A DNA stretch of 64,000 nucleotides from a virus. Below, piece after piece: positions 37,306-46,298 of this stretch. The notes under the pieces are model-generated. The model ran no database searches and was not told where the DNA came from. It saw only the letters and a program-made list of their open reading frames with translations. Where the stretch lies: IMG/VR virus record IMGVR_UViG_3300025874_000005, positions 32,001 through 96,000 of that record; one strand, 5' to 3'. The translations under genes and the position numbers were made by a program. Position 1 is the stretch's first letter. Each line of letters begins with the position of its first letter.

Positions 37306-38244
37306 ATGAATCTAGGATACGCTTGTATTAATACTGCACTAAGTGCTAACAAAATTATGACAAATCGCACAATGCGTCGAAAAACATTTGATGCTAAAGG
37401 TATTGATTATGTCTCCGATCTTGCATTACTTAATGTTAAAGATCTTAAAACTATTGTTCAGTGGAATAATGAGATGAAAATCAAGTTATTTCGGTTATCT
37501 AGCCAAATATTCCCTTGGTCAGATGAATATGATGTTAAAACTCTTAAAGATTATGATGAGATTAAATCAATAATGTTTGAGATTGGGCAAATTGCTAAAG
37601 ATGGAGGACAACGACTTACGATGCATCCAGGCCCTTATAATTGTTTAGCTTCACCTACTCAAAAAGTAGTTGAAAAAACTATTAGAGAATTAAATTTTCA
37701 TAGTGAGCAATTTAATATGATGGGTTATGACCCATCACCTTACAATAAAATAAATATTCATGTTGGAGGTGCATATGGTGATAAATCCACAACGTTGGCG
37801 CGTTTTGTGCAGAATTTTAGTTTATTGAATATTGACACTCAAAAACGCTTAGTTATTGAAAATGATGACAGTCCAAACGAATACTCTGTTAAAGATTTGT
37901 TTGATGGTATTTATCAACAAATTGGTATTCCAATTACATTTGATTATTTCCATCATAAATTTAATACTGGAGGGTTAACTGAGGAAGAAGCACTTAAAAT
38001 GGCATCTATTACTTGGCCTGAAGGTGTTACTCAATGTTGTCATTATTCTGAAAGTAGACGTGAAGAAAAATTAGATGAAACAATTCGCCCTCAAGCTCAC
38101 TCTGATTTAATTTATAATAAAATTAATACTTATGGTCTTAACCCAGATATAGTAATAGAAGCTAAATTAAAAGAACAGTCTATTTTTAATATAGGTCAAG
38201 ATTCAGAAGAGAATGAATTTAAAGTTTTAACACAAGCTTGTTAG
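37306..38244 (+). CDS. uvsE: UV damage endonuclease UvsE/UVDE
   Basis: LGYACIN, LFRLSS, RLTMHPG, INIHVGGAYG, LVIENDD, FDYFHH, HYSES, AHSD, EAKLKE. Confidence 0.95.
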   Translation: MNLGYACINTALSANKIMTNRTMRRKTFDAKGIDYVSDLALLNVKDLKTIVQWNNEMKIKLFRLSSQIFPWSDEYDVKTLKDYDEIKSIMFEIGQIAKDGGQRLTMHPGPYNCLASPTQKVVEKTIRELNFHSEQFNMMGYDPSPYNKINIHVGGAYGDKSTTLARFVQNFSLLNIDTQKRLVIENDDSPNEYSVKDLFDGIYQQIGIPITFDYFHHKFNTGGLTEEEALKMASITWPEGVTQCCHYSESRREEKLDETIRPQAHSDLIYNKINTYGLNPDIVIEAKLKEQSIFNIGQDSEENEFKVLTQAC

Positions 38245-38248
38245 TAAA

Positions 38249-38280
38249 TTTGGAAAATTGAAAATCAATTCGTATATTCA
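38249..38280 (+). promoter_or_regulatory. Core promoter copy
   Basis: TTTGG-N19-TATATTCA; another copy at 38487-38518. Confidence 0.72.
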
Positions 38281-38298
38281 CGTATAATAAAAATAAAT

Positions 38299-38499
38299 AT
38301 GTTACCACAATTTAAAAAAGATTTTTTGGAAAAGATGAGTCAAGAAGAAATGATTAGTTTTAATGAAATATGGTTAAGAGTAATAAAACATGGTTTACAA
38401 TTTGAAGTAACTTATACAGCATTAGAAGAAATGAAATCTAATCCTGAATCATCTCCTCTCCTTTGTTTGCAGATTGCAGCAGAAGATTGGGATTGTTAA
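38299..38499 (+). CDS. Hypothetical protein
   Basis: 66-aa ORF after a promoter. Confidence 0.7.
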   Translation: MLPQFKKDFLEKMSQEEMISFNEIWLRVIKHGLQFEVTYTALEEMKSNPESSPLLCLQIAAEDWDC

Positions 38500-38541
38500 A
38501 AAATTGTTCGTATATTTAAATATAAATTAAAAATCAAAGTT

Positions 38542-38733
38542 ATGTCAGAAAAAGAAAAAGATCCACAAGTTGAACTCATTAATGAGGCTATCCAATTATC
38601 AAAAATTAGAGATACATATTGGGATTACCATCCATCAAATCCAAAATCAATAGATGTTACTATCGAGATTCCTAAAATCGATAAAGCTATTGAGGAAATT
38701 GAAAACAAACTTAAACTTATTACTAGTAATTAA
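38542..38733 (+). CDS. Hypothetical protein
   Basis: 63 aa; WDYHPSNP. Confidence 0.7.
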   Translation: MSEKEKDPQVELINEAIQLSKIRDTYWDYHPSNPKSIDVTIEIPKIDKAIEEIENKLKLITSN

Positions 38734-38740
38734 ACCGAAT

Positions 38741-38829
38741 GCCGCTGTGGTGGAATTGGTAGACACGACAGACTTAAAATCTGTTGAGCCGAATGGCTCG
38801 TGGCGGTTCGAGTCCGCCCAGCGGTACCA
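38741..38829 (+). tRNA. trnL: tRNA-Leu(UAA)
   Basis: Acceptor GCCGCTG/CAGCGGT, D loop GGAATTGGTAGAC, anticodon arm ACAGA-CTTAAAA-TCTGT, long variable arm, TTCGAGT loop, encoded CCA. Confidence 0.96.
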
Positions 38830-38860
38830 ACACTCCTAAAACGTTATTTTTTTATAGAAT

Positions 38861-38937
38861 GGACTCGTAGCTCAGCTGGATAGAGCAATACCCTTCTAAG
38901 GTATCGGTCGTAGGTTCGAATCCTACCGGGTTCACCA
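38861..38937 (+). tRNA. trnR: tRNA-Arg(UCU)
   Basis: D arm GCTC/GAGC, ATACC-CTTCTAA-GGTAT, GTAGG-TTCGAAT-CCTAC, encoded CCA. Confidence 0.96.
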
Positions 38938-38940
38938 CAT

Positions 38941-39017
38941 AGGCATGTATCTCCTCAAGCTTATACCTTGTAGAAAGAGTAATTGGTTACATGAGAGTTC
39001 AAGTCTCTCCTTGCCTA
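38941..39017 (+). ncRNA. Atypical tRNA-like RNA with UAU (Ile) anticodon loop and no D arm in the normal position
   Basis: Acceptor AGGCATG/CTTGCCT, T arm GAGAG-TTCAAGT-CTCTC, CAAG-CTTATAC-CTTG, D-like hairpin GTAA-TTGG-TTAC located 3' of the anticodon arm. Confidence 0.7.
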
Positions 39018-39084
39018 CCTTAAAGAAGATTTACATATGTATTAGTGATAAAACGTTATTCTACTTTACACTCTCTATTACTTA

Positions 39085-40068
39085 ATGTATAAATTTCTTC
39101 TTTCCCTTGCGGTTATATTACTGCCCTTATCGTTATTTTCCCAATCTCCAGATGCCATAATAGGTGATGTAGAAATTGAAACTGGGTGTATTGGTGATAC
39201 ACCTTTTTATAACATAAATTATGTTGTATGGAATTTTGGTGATGAAGAAATTACAGACTATTGTATTGAAATTTGGAATGAAGATTATTATCAATGTTTT
39301 AGTAGTGATTTATTTGGGGCTTATGCAATTCCTCCTGGGGAAGGGCAATTCTTTACTACTCCTTATTTTGAAATGGAAGGGCCTGGTAGTATTTTTGTAA
39401 TGTCTGTTGATGGTATTTTAAATGAAATCGTTACTGGAAATAATAATACAACTGTATTCTTACCTGAAATACCTGAGTGTCCTGTTGATTGTTTAAACGA
39501 TACAATTACTATAACTTTACCACCAGATACTATTATACAAACGCAAATTGACACCGTTATAACGCAAGAATACGTGTATTTAACCGATACAATTGTGGAA
39601 TACATAGCAGATACTGTAGTTGTAGACAATTACATATATACAGTAGATACTTTGGAAGTTGAAGTTTTAGAGTATGTTTTTTTAACAGATACTATCACAA
39701 AAATTATTGAAGTAGATTGTAATACTGGTTTGCCCTGTAGTGAATTAATTATTGATGGGTGCTGGCCTTGGAATGTTTTTATACCTAATGTACTAACCCC
39801 AAATAATGATGGTATAAATGATGTTTGGGAAATTATTTTTGATTTAGAGTGTTGGGTTGATGTAGAATTTAAGATTTACAATAGATGGGGAAGTTTAGTT
39901 TTTGAAGGTTACGGAGAAGATTATAGCAGTTATCCTTATTGGGATGGTAGTATGCAAGGTGGATCCTCTTATGTGGTTGATGGAATATATGTTTATACTT
40001 TCTATGCTAGAAAATATAATTCCCCAGAAATATATCAAAAATCTGGGCATCTTACAATATTAAGGTAA
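39085..40068 (+). CDS. Secreted protein with signal peptide, CARDB-like domain, DT[IVL] repeats and T9SS type-B (gliding-motility-associated, CHU_C) C-terminal domain
   Basis: FIPNVLTPNNDGINDVW, KIYNRWG, YWDG, DGIYVY, GHLTILR C-terminus. Confidence 0.88.
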   Translation: MYKFLLSLAVILLPLSLFSQSPDAIIGDVEIETGCIGDTPFYNINYVVWNFGDEEITDYCIEIWNEDYYQCFSSDLFGAYAIPPGEGQFFTTPYFEMEGPGSIFVMSVDGILNEIVTGNNNTTVFLPEIPECPVDCLNDTITITLPPDTIIQTQIDTVITQEYVYLTDTIVEYIADTVVVDNYIYTVDTLEVEVLEYVFLTDTITKIIEVDCNTGLPCSELIIDGCWPWNVFIPNVLTPNNDGINDVWEIIFDLECWVDVEFKIYNRWGSLVFEGYGEDYSSYPYWDGSMQGGSSYVVDGIYVYTFYARKYNSPEIYQKSGHLTILR

Positions 40069-40132
40069 AAATTACTTGGATTGCTAGTATTTATACCATA
40101 TATTATGACTTTAATACTATAAAATTTTTAAA

Positions 40133-40321
40133 ATGAGCCATTACGAAGACGCACTTTATGAAGTTTATGAAACAGTACAAAGAGAAGGATTAAAAGAAAA
40201 GTTTGACATACAAACTAAAAAAATGCAATCTCAAGATAAACATAAAAATAAAACTGTGGTTGAAAAGTGGGAGTATGCTTTATATAGGATAAGAGGTGGT
40301 AATAGTAAAGATCGTTACTAA
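40133..40321 (+). CDS. Hypothetical protein
   Basis: 62 aa; promoter variant at 40075-40106. Confidence 0.7.
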   Translation: MSHYEDALYEVYETVQREGLKEKFDIQTKKMQSQDKHKNKTVVEKWEYALYRIRGGNSKDRY

Positions 40322-40323
40322 GT

Positions 40324-40758
40324 ATGAAAAAAATGGATTTTGATAATATATTTAACCTATTTGGTGAAGAAGATGTAAGTAATAATACTACTACTTATAC
40401 TAATTTAACCTCAACTCCCCTATATTGGTTAGGTATGCATACAAAACTTATCCTTAATCATATAAATTTTAGGAAAAAAGCAATACGATTGTTAAAAAAT
40501 TCAAATATGGAGTTAGATCCTGCAGAATTAGCAGCTGCCGGTGAAGTAATTGCTTATAATAGAGCTTGGTTTTATATTAAAAAAATAGATCTTAGTAATA
40601 AAGATCATGTTGAGGCTATATTGGCACATGGTGATGATTTTTTGGAAACTTCTTTAGAATTAGCCATCAAACATTTCCAATCCCCAGAAAGAGAAGAGTA
40701 TGAAAAATGTCTTCATCTTTTAGAAGTTCTTAAACTATCAAAAGAATTACGACTTTAA
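40324..40758 (+). CDS. Hypothetical protein with C-terminal UVR-like motif
   Basis: REEYEKCLHLLE. Confidence 0.7.
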   Translation: MKKMDFDNIFNLFGEEDVSNNTTTYTNLTSTPLYWLGMHTKLILNHINFRKKAIRLLKNSNMELDPAELAAAGEVIAYNRAWFYIKKIDLSNKDHVEAILAHGDDFLETSLELAIKHFQSPEREEYEKCLHLLEVLKLSKELRL

Positions 40759-40905
40759 GTAGGATACCAGAGAAATTTTGGGTACCTTGGAAATACGGGT
40801 TTTGAAGATATTTAGGAAAATGAAAGAATAGGAAATGAGGAGTATAGGTTGGATGAATGAGGGGGTTATTGTATATTATAGACACATTAATAAAATAAAA
40901 ATAAT

Positions 40906-41103
40906 ATGGCATTTAGAAACAAAGAATTGGTTGACAAAGGGTTTGTAAATATTAAATCCGGAGTTAAAACATTAGATCTAATGGTATCCCGTGGAGGAAG
41001 CGACATTGATACTTTTAGAAAAAAAATAAAAGAGGTTTATGATAAAATTGAAGAGGTAGAATCTTTAGTTGAACGCGAAGCCGGAGTTCTAAGAAACGGA
41101 TAA
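40906..41103 (+). CDS. Hypothetical protein
   Basis: Follows a promoter variant at 40848-40879. Confidence 0.7.
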   Translation: MAFRNKELVDKGFVNIKSGVKTLDLMVSRGGSDIDTFRKKIKEVYDKIEEVESLVEREAGVLRNG

Positions 41104-41119
41104 TACAAAAATAAAAGTT

Positions 41120-41893
41120 ATGAAATTAACAGCAGACCAAATTCAAATGAATTGGGTGGAATTTTTGAGTAATATTGATACTTATATTTCCTCTCCTCGT
41201 AAAGAACAACTAACTAAATTTTATGAAAAGTATGCGGAACGTATTATGTTTATGCCTGCTGCTCATAAAAAAGAATATCACTCTGCCTTTCCTGGAGGTT
41301 ATGTAGATCATGTTAATAGAGTAGTTAAAGCTGCTTTATCAATGTCTGCTGTTTGGGAAGGTTTTGGTTGTGATATGACTACTTTTACTACTGAAGAATT
41401 AGTATTCTCAGCTATTAATCATGATTTAGGTAAAATGGGGGATGATAACCATGAAGCTTATATCCCACAAACTGATAAATGGAGAAAAGATAAACTAGGT
41501 GAAGATTATATGTTTAATAAAGAATTAGCATTTTCAGCTGTCCCAGATAGAGGATTATTTTTACTTCAAGATAATAACATTAAATATACATTTAATGAAA
41601 TGGTAGCAATCCAAACACATGATGGGTTATATGATTCAGCTAATGAAAAATATTTAAAGGGTTATATGCCAGAACAAAAACCACGCACTTCATTACCATT
41701 TATTTTACATCAAGCAGATATGATGGCAGCTAGAATTGAATTTGAAATTGAATGGTTGCCTAAATTTAAAAATAACTTGGATACCAGTAAAAATAATTTT
41801 ACATTGGGTAATAATAAGAAAACCTCTACAAAAAATAAAGCCTTAGGCTCTATTAAAAGTGAAGGTTTACAAAACATTTTTGATAAACTATAA
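41120..41893 (+). CDS. HD-domain phosphohydrolase
   Basis: HSAFPGGYVDH, NHDLGK, THDG, LHQAD. Confidence 0.88.
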   Translation: MKLTADQIQMNWVEFLSNIDTYISSPRKEQLTKFYEKYAERIMFMPAAHKKEYHSAFPGGYVDHVNRVVKAALSMSAVWEGFGCDMTTFTTEELVFSAINHDLGKMGDDNHEAYIPQTDKWRKDKLGEDYMFNKELAFSAVPDRGLFLLQDNNIKYTFNEMVAIQTHDGLYDSANEKYLKGYMPEQKPRTSLPFILHQADMMAARIEFEIEWLPKFKNNLDTSKNNFTLGNNKKTSTKNKALGSIKSEGLQNIFDKL

Positions 41894-41895
41894 AT

Positions 41896-42189
41896 ATGGA
41901 AATTTATCCAACTACATTATTTGTAACAATTGCAATTTTAAGCATTTTAGTTTTAGTCTTAGGATATACAACTTTTAATTTACTTAAGAAAAATGAAAGA
42001 GCAGAAGATATAGTATTAGGATATCTTGATTATTTAGATAAAATATCCAGGGTAATAGAAGTTGCCGATGAAAAGGTAAAAAAAATTGATGTAAAAGGAT
42101 CTTTTGAGTCAGATGATGAGGTAGGTTTTTTCTTTAAGCAAATTAAACAAATTCAAGAAATTCTAAATGATTTCCAATTAAAAGAATAA
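41896..42189 (+). CDS. Membrane-anchored coiled-coil protein
   Basis: N-terminal TM; GSFESDDEVGFFF. Confidence 0.75.
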   Translation: MEIYPTTLFVTIAILSILVLVLGYTTFNLLKKNERAEDIVLGYLDYLDKISRVIEVADEKVKKIDVKGSFESDDEVGFFFKQIKQIQEILNDFQLKE

Positions 42190-42197
42190 AATAGCAG

Positions 42198-43010
42198 ATG
42201 GATGAAATAATAAGGAGGCATAAATCATTACCTCAGAAAAAAGTATATTTTTCAAAAGTGACAGAAGCAGCGATTGTAAGATACAATCGCTCCTCTGATC
42301 CCGAAGAGCGAAGTGATATATATGCCGAACATATACATTGGGGTTTTTATAAACTTACAGAAAATATCATCCATACTTTTAAGTTTTATCATACTGATGG
42401 GGTAGAAAATTTAGAAGATTTACAACATGAGATAATTACCTTTTTATTATCTAAAATACATCTATTTAATCCTGAAAATGGAGCTAAAGCCTATTCATAT
42501 TTTGGAACTATAGTTAAACGTTGGTTAATAGTATACAACCAAAAAAATTACGGTAAAAAAATAAAAAATATAGCAATTTCAGATTTAAATCACTACTCAC
42601 AATTAGATACATCAGATCCTTCATTTATTATATCACAAAATAGATTAGATGATACTCAAGTTTTAGTTGAAGATGAAGAATTTAGTAGTAGAAATTTAAA
42701 AGAAAATAAAGACTATAAATATGAAGATCGTTTATCTTTATTTATAGACCAATATGTAAAATATTGTACTGATAGAATTTATGTTTTATTTCCTAAAGGT
42801 AATGATGCTACTATAGCTGATGCCATTTTAGAATTATTTAGAAAAAGAGATGCCATTGATGTATTTAATAAAAAGGCACTTTATATCTACATTCGTGAGA
42901 TGGTAGATGTTAAAACTCCAAAAATAACTAAAATAGCTAATAAATTATATGCTATATTTAAAGAAAAGTATATGTTTTATTTAGAACATGGCTACTTTCC
43001 ACCAAAATAG
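42198..43010 (+). CDS. Phage sigma factor (T4 gp55-like late sigma)
   Basis: YKLTENII...FNPENGAKAYSYFGTIVKRWLI (region 2-like); precedes the structural module. Confidence 0.72.
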   Translation: MDEIIRRHKSLPQKKVYFSKVTEAAIVRYNRSSDPEERSDIYAEHIHWGFYKLTENIIHTFKFYHTDGVENLEDLQHEIITFLLSKIHLFNPENGAKAYSYFGTIVKRWLIVYNQKNYGKKIKNIAISDLNHYSQLDTSDPSFIISQNRLDDTQVLVEDEEFSSRNLKENKDYKYEDRLSLFIDQYVKYCTDRIYVLFPKGNDATIADAILELFRKRDAIDVFNKKALYIYIREMVDVKTPKITKIANKLYAIFKEKYMFYLEHGYFPPK

Positions 43011-43022
43011 TTTTAATAATGC

Positions 43023-43032
43023 ATATTTATAA
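43023..43032 (+). promoter_or_regulatory. Putative late promoter ATATTTATAA
   Basis: Same decamer at 15501, 23978, 36467, 46283 and 59235, each 6-17 nt before a start codon. Confidence 0.7.
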
Positions 43033-43043
43033 TCAAAAACATT

Positions 43044-43382
43044 ATGGGACAGTTAGATTCATACGTTTTTGGGGATAAAAAATTTTCTGATTTATTAGAA
43101 GAAATCTACCAAAACCAAAAAAAGAGAGATACTCAAGTAGTAGCTTTAATATCAGAATTAAAACCTTTAGTTCAAGAAATAGGTGATGCTACTCTTATAG
43201 TTCCTCTTATTAAAGAATATATGGAAATTGGAGTTAAAAATGATGATGCTCTAATTAAAATGGCTACTATTGTTCAAAGAGCGCTTCAAAACCAAGATGA
43301 AGATGGTGGATTAGGAATTAGTGAAGAAGAAAAAGAACAATTATTAGCTGAGATGGAAAAAATTTCAAAAGAAAATAAATAA
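43044..43382 (+). CDS. Hypothetical late protein
   Basis: Helical 112-aa ORF heading the structural operon. Confidence 0.75.
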   Translation: MGQLDSYVFGDKKFSDLLEEIYQNQKKRDTQVVALISELKPLVQEIGDATLIVPLIKEYMEIGVKNDDALIKMATIVQRALQNQDEDGGLGISEEEKEQLLAEMEKISKENK

Positions 43383-44614
43383 TGGCTCAACAACCTACAG
43401 GATTAAATTCACTTAAGGGCACACCATCAGTTAAACCTCAAAATTCTGGGGTATTTGCAGCTAGGGTAAGACATGCTATGGTGGACGAACAAACTGAAAA
43501 CAAAGCATTTAAAGATTTTGGCAATTGGAGTTCTATAGGTTGTTTATTTTTTGATAAATTAAATACCCCAAACCCCAGCCCCCAATTTACAACTGATAAC
43601 TTTGCAAGACCTTTATTTCCTAATAATTCTAATATACCTTTAAAAAACGAAATAGTTTACATAATATCATTACCAAACAGTAATGTTCAAGGTGATGTTA
43701 ATGACCAAACATATTATTACTTTCAGGCAATAAATATTTGGAATAGCACACATCATAATGCTATCCCAGATCCTATTAATGGGGAATCAACACCCGCAGC
43801 ACAATCTCAAGATTACGAACAAACAACTGCTGGTTCAATTAGAAGAGTTTCTGATGGTAGTACTGAAATTGATTTAGGTAAAGATTTTAAAGAAAAACTA
43901 TCTATAAGAAATCTTCAACCCTATGAAGGTGATTTAATATATCAAGGAAGATGGGGACAATCTCTTAGATTTGGTTCAACTAATAAAGATGCAACAATCC
44001 CCAATACATGGTCTAAATCAGGAGAAAACGGTGATGCTATTACAATAATAAAAAATGGACAACATGAAGAAGATAGTGACCCTTGGATTCCACAAGTAGA
44101 AGACATAAACACAGATAAATCTAGTATTTATTTAACAACTACTCAAGAAGTACCAATTGATTTAGCTAGTAAAAGTTATAAATCATATGCTTCATCACCA
44201 ACAGCAGCTCCTATTTTTAAAGAAGAACAAGTAATTTTAAATTCAGGTAGATTATTATTTAATTCAAAATCAGATTCTATTTTACTTTCATCTTTTGATA
44301 CTATAAATCTAAACTCAGTAAATAGTGTAAATATAGATACCCCAAAAACCATAGTATCATCTCCTGAAATTTATTTAGGTGATAAGGGTGCTACTGAACC
44401 CATAATATTAGGTGATAAGTTTCTTTCAGATTTTTCATCATTAATGACATCATTAATATCATTATGTAGTGCATTAGGAACACCAATTGGTACACCAATT
44501 CCTTTTGTCCCTAACGCAGCTATCCCAGCTCCTGCTACACAAACACTTGTTAAAGCACAAACAATGCTTAATAAAATTCAAATGTATAAATCTAAAGTAA
44601 GTAAATCTAAATAA
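43382..44614 (+). CDS. Baseplate hub/spike-like protein (gp5/gpV-like)
   Basis: PLKNEIV OB-like start, GRWGQSLRFG, beta-helix-like VILNSGRLLFNSK, YLG..ATEPIILGD. Confidence 0.65.
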   Translation: MAQQPTGLNSLKGTPSVKPQNSGVFAARVRHAMVDEQTENKAFKDFGNWSSIGCLFFDKLNTPNPSPQFTTDNFARPLFPNNSNIPLKNEIVYIISLPNSNVQGDVNDQTYYYFQAINIWNSTHHNAIPDPINGESTPAAQSQDYEQTTAGSIRRVSDGSTEIDLGKDFKEKLSIRNLQPYEGDLIYQGRWGQSLRFGSTNKDATIPNTWSKSGENGDAITIIKNGQHEEDSDPWIPQVEDINTDKSSIYLTTTQEVPIDLASKSYKSYASSPTAAPIFKEEQVILNSGRLLFNSKSDSILLSSFDTINLNSVNSVNIDTPKTIVSSPEIYLGDKGATEPIILGDKFLSDFSSLMTSLISLCSALGTPIGTPIPFVPNAAIPAPATQTLVKAQTMLNKIQMYKSKVSKSK

Positions 44615-46266
44615 TGTCGTTTCTATCTAGCCTTCTAATAAAAACAATTACAAAAGTAATTAAAAACTTAACTAAGTTTGAAGTTGCTATTGATGCTCTT
44701 ATAGATAGATTTAAGGCATCCTGCCCCCCAAAAGCAGAATTACTAAATATAGTAAAACAAAAAAACCAAATACAGGGAGCTCTTGAAAATGTTGTTGGTG
44801 CTTTTAATACTGTAGAAGCTACAGCTGAAACTACCAATACTATAGTTACTACGGTAAGTACAGCCGTTAAGGTAATAAAAGCCATCCCTATACCAACATC
44901 AGTCCCACCAGGTGTTGGTATTCCTATAAATGTTATTACACTTCTAGCAGATTCTTTAGATACTTTAGGTGATTTATTAAAAGGAGCTAAAGGTGCTCTT
45001 AAAGTAGTACCATCTGCCGGTAAAACTATACAAGAAGCTGCTCAAACTATAGTTACAAAATTACAAACTTTAGATGGTGTGTTAAATGTTTGCATTGAAG
45101 AATTAGCACAAAATGGGGGTGAAGATGGTGGGCCTATGACTCAACAAGAAGTAAATGATTTAATTAATGAAATAGGAAATGTAGCAGCTGAATCCGGAAA
45201 TTTTGTAAACCCAAACCTAAATACTGCCAATGAAGATGATTTATTATCACAACTAAGCCCTAATAGTGGTAATCCTCTTTTATATCAAAGACAACCTACA
45301 ATTTTTATTCCATTAGACCCTGATGGTAACTACACAAAGGGTGAAATAGACCCAGGATCTGGCCAGCAAATAATTAAAGATGAAAGTGGTAGATTTGGAT
45401 ATAATGCTGGGTTTGATTGGAGATTAACTATAGAATATAATGATGATAATGAATATTCATTCCCACAAAGAAGAGTAAAAGCAACAAACATAAATCCTTC
45501 TAATTTTAATATATTTAAAGGAATTAATGTTTATAATATAGGACCACCAATTGGTACTATGGAAGAACGAGGAGCATATTCATATAGTACATCAGTTAAA
45601 GTATTAATAGATGAAGTTAAATTTAATGTTGATTCACTTAATGTTAGATATTGGCAAAATAAATGGGTTCTTGATAATATGGAAGAAGCTGATGATGATG
45701 ATAGAATAGATGGTGATGGAAATGTAAGTGGTGGGGGTACAGATGGAAATACAACAGCACCTGGGGGTACAAACCCTCCACCACTACCCCCAGTTACTGT
45801 ATTACTACCTAATGGTGTAACTATGTCTGATTTAGATATTACTTTACCTATTGTACAAAATGGGTCTGGTACTTATTATAAACAAATATTTGTTGAAACC
45901 ACACAACCTAATAAATCTGTTTATTTAAAAATAGACACAGGAGGTAATGAAGTTCAAAATCAATACGTTCAAGGAGACTATGGCCAGCCTGAATATGGTA
46001 GTTATTTACAAGGTGAAGTTAAGGTAAGAATTGATTCAAATTTTAATAACGCCGGTAGTGGTGAAGATGGAAATGTAGTAACAGTGAAAACCGTAGATCG
46101 AGAAGCTATAGAAGTTAAAATTCAATATGCTGAACCCGGGCAATATTTACTTAAATACACAGTTGTATTTAAAGATTATGATCCACCTGGGTTTACAAAA
46201 GAAATCCAATCTAATCAGGGGGGAATAATTTCTCTATCAACTGGAAGTTTCTTTGAAGGAGATTAA
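44614..46266 (+). CDS. Putative structural protein
   Basis: 550 aa within the baseplate operon. Confidence 0.7.
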   Translation: MSFLSSLLIKTITKVIKNLTKFEVAIDALIDRFKASCPPKAELLNIVKQKNQIQGALENVVGAFNTVEATAETTNTIVTTVSTAVKVIKAIPIPTSVPPGVGIPINVITLLADSLDTLGDLLKGAKGALKVVPSAGKTIQEAAQTIVTKLQTLDGVLNVCIEELAQNGGEDGGPMTQQEVNDLINEIGNVAAESGNFVNPNLNTANEDDLLSQLSPNSGNPLLYQRQPTIFIPLDPDGNYTKGEIDPGSGQQIIKDESGRFGYNAGFDWRLTIEYNDDNEYSFPQRRVKATNINPSNFNIFKGINVYNIGPPIGTMEERGAYSYSTSVKVLIDEVKFNVDSLNVRYWQNKWVLDNMEEADDDDRIDGDGNVSGGGTDGNTTAPGGTNPPPLPPVTVLLPNGVTMSDLDITLPIVQNGSGTYYKQIFVETTQPNKSVYLKIDTGGNEVQNQYVQGDYGQPEYGSYLQGEVKVRIDSNFNNAGSGEDGNVVTVKTVDREAIEVKIQYAEPGQYLLKYTVVFKDYDPPGFTKEIQSNQGGIISLSTGSFFEGD

Positions 46267-46298
46267 AAAATTTAATAATTTAATATTTATAATAAAAA

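Noticed and set aside
38654-38839. 61-aa ORF
   Set aside because: It overlaps tRNA-Leu and the preceding gene, so it is spurious.
38941-39020. tmRNA as the explanation for the D-armless RNA
   Set aside because: It is only about 77 nt, with no tag ORF, no Ala G3-U70 identity pair, and a proper anticodon loop.
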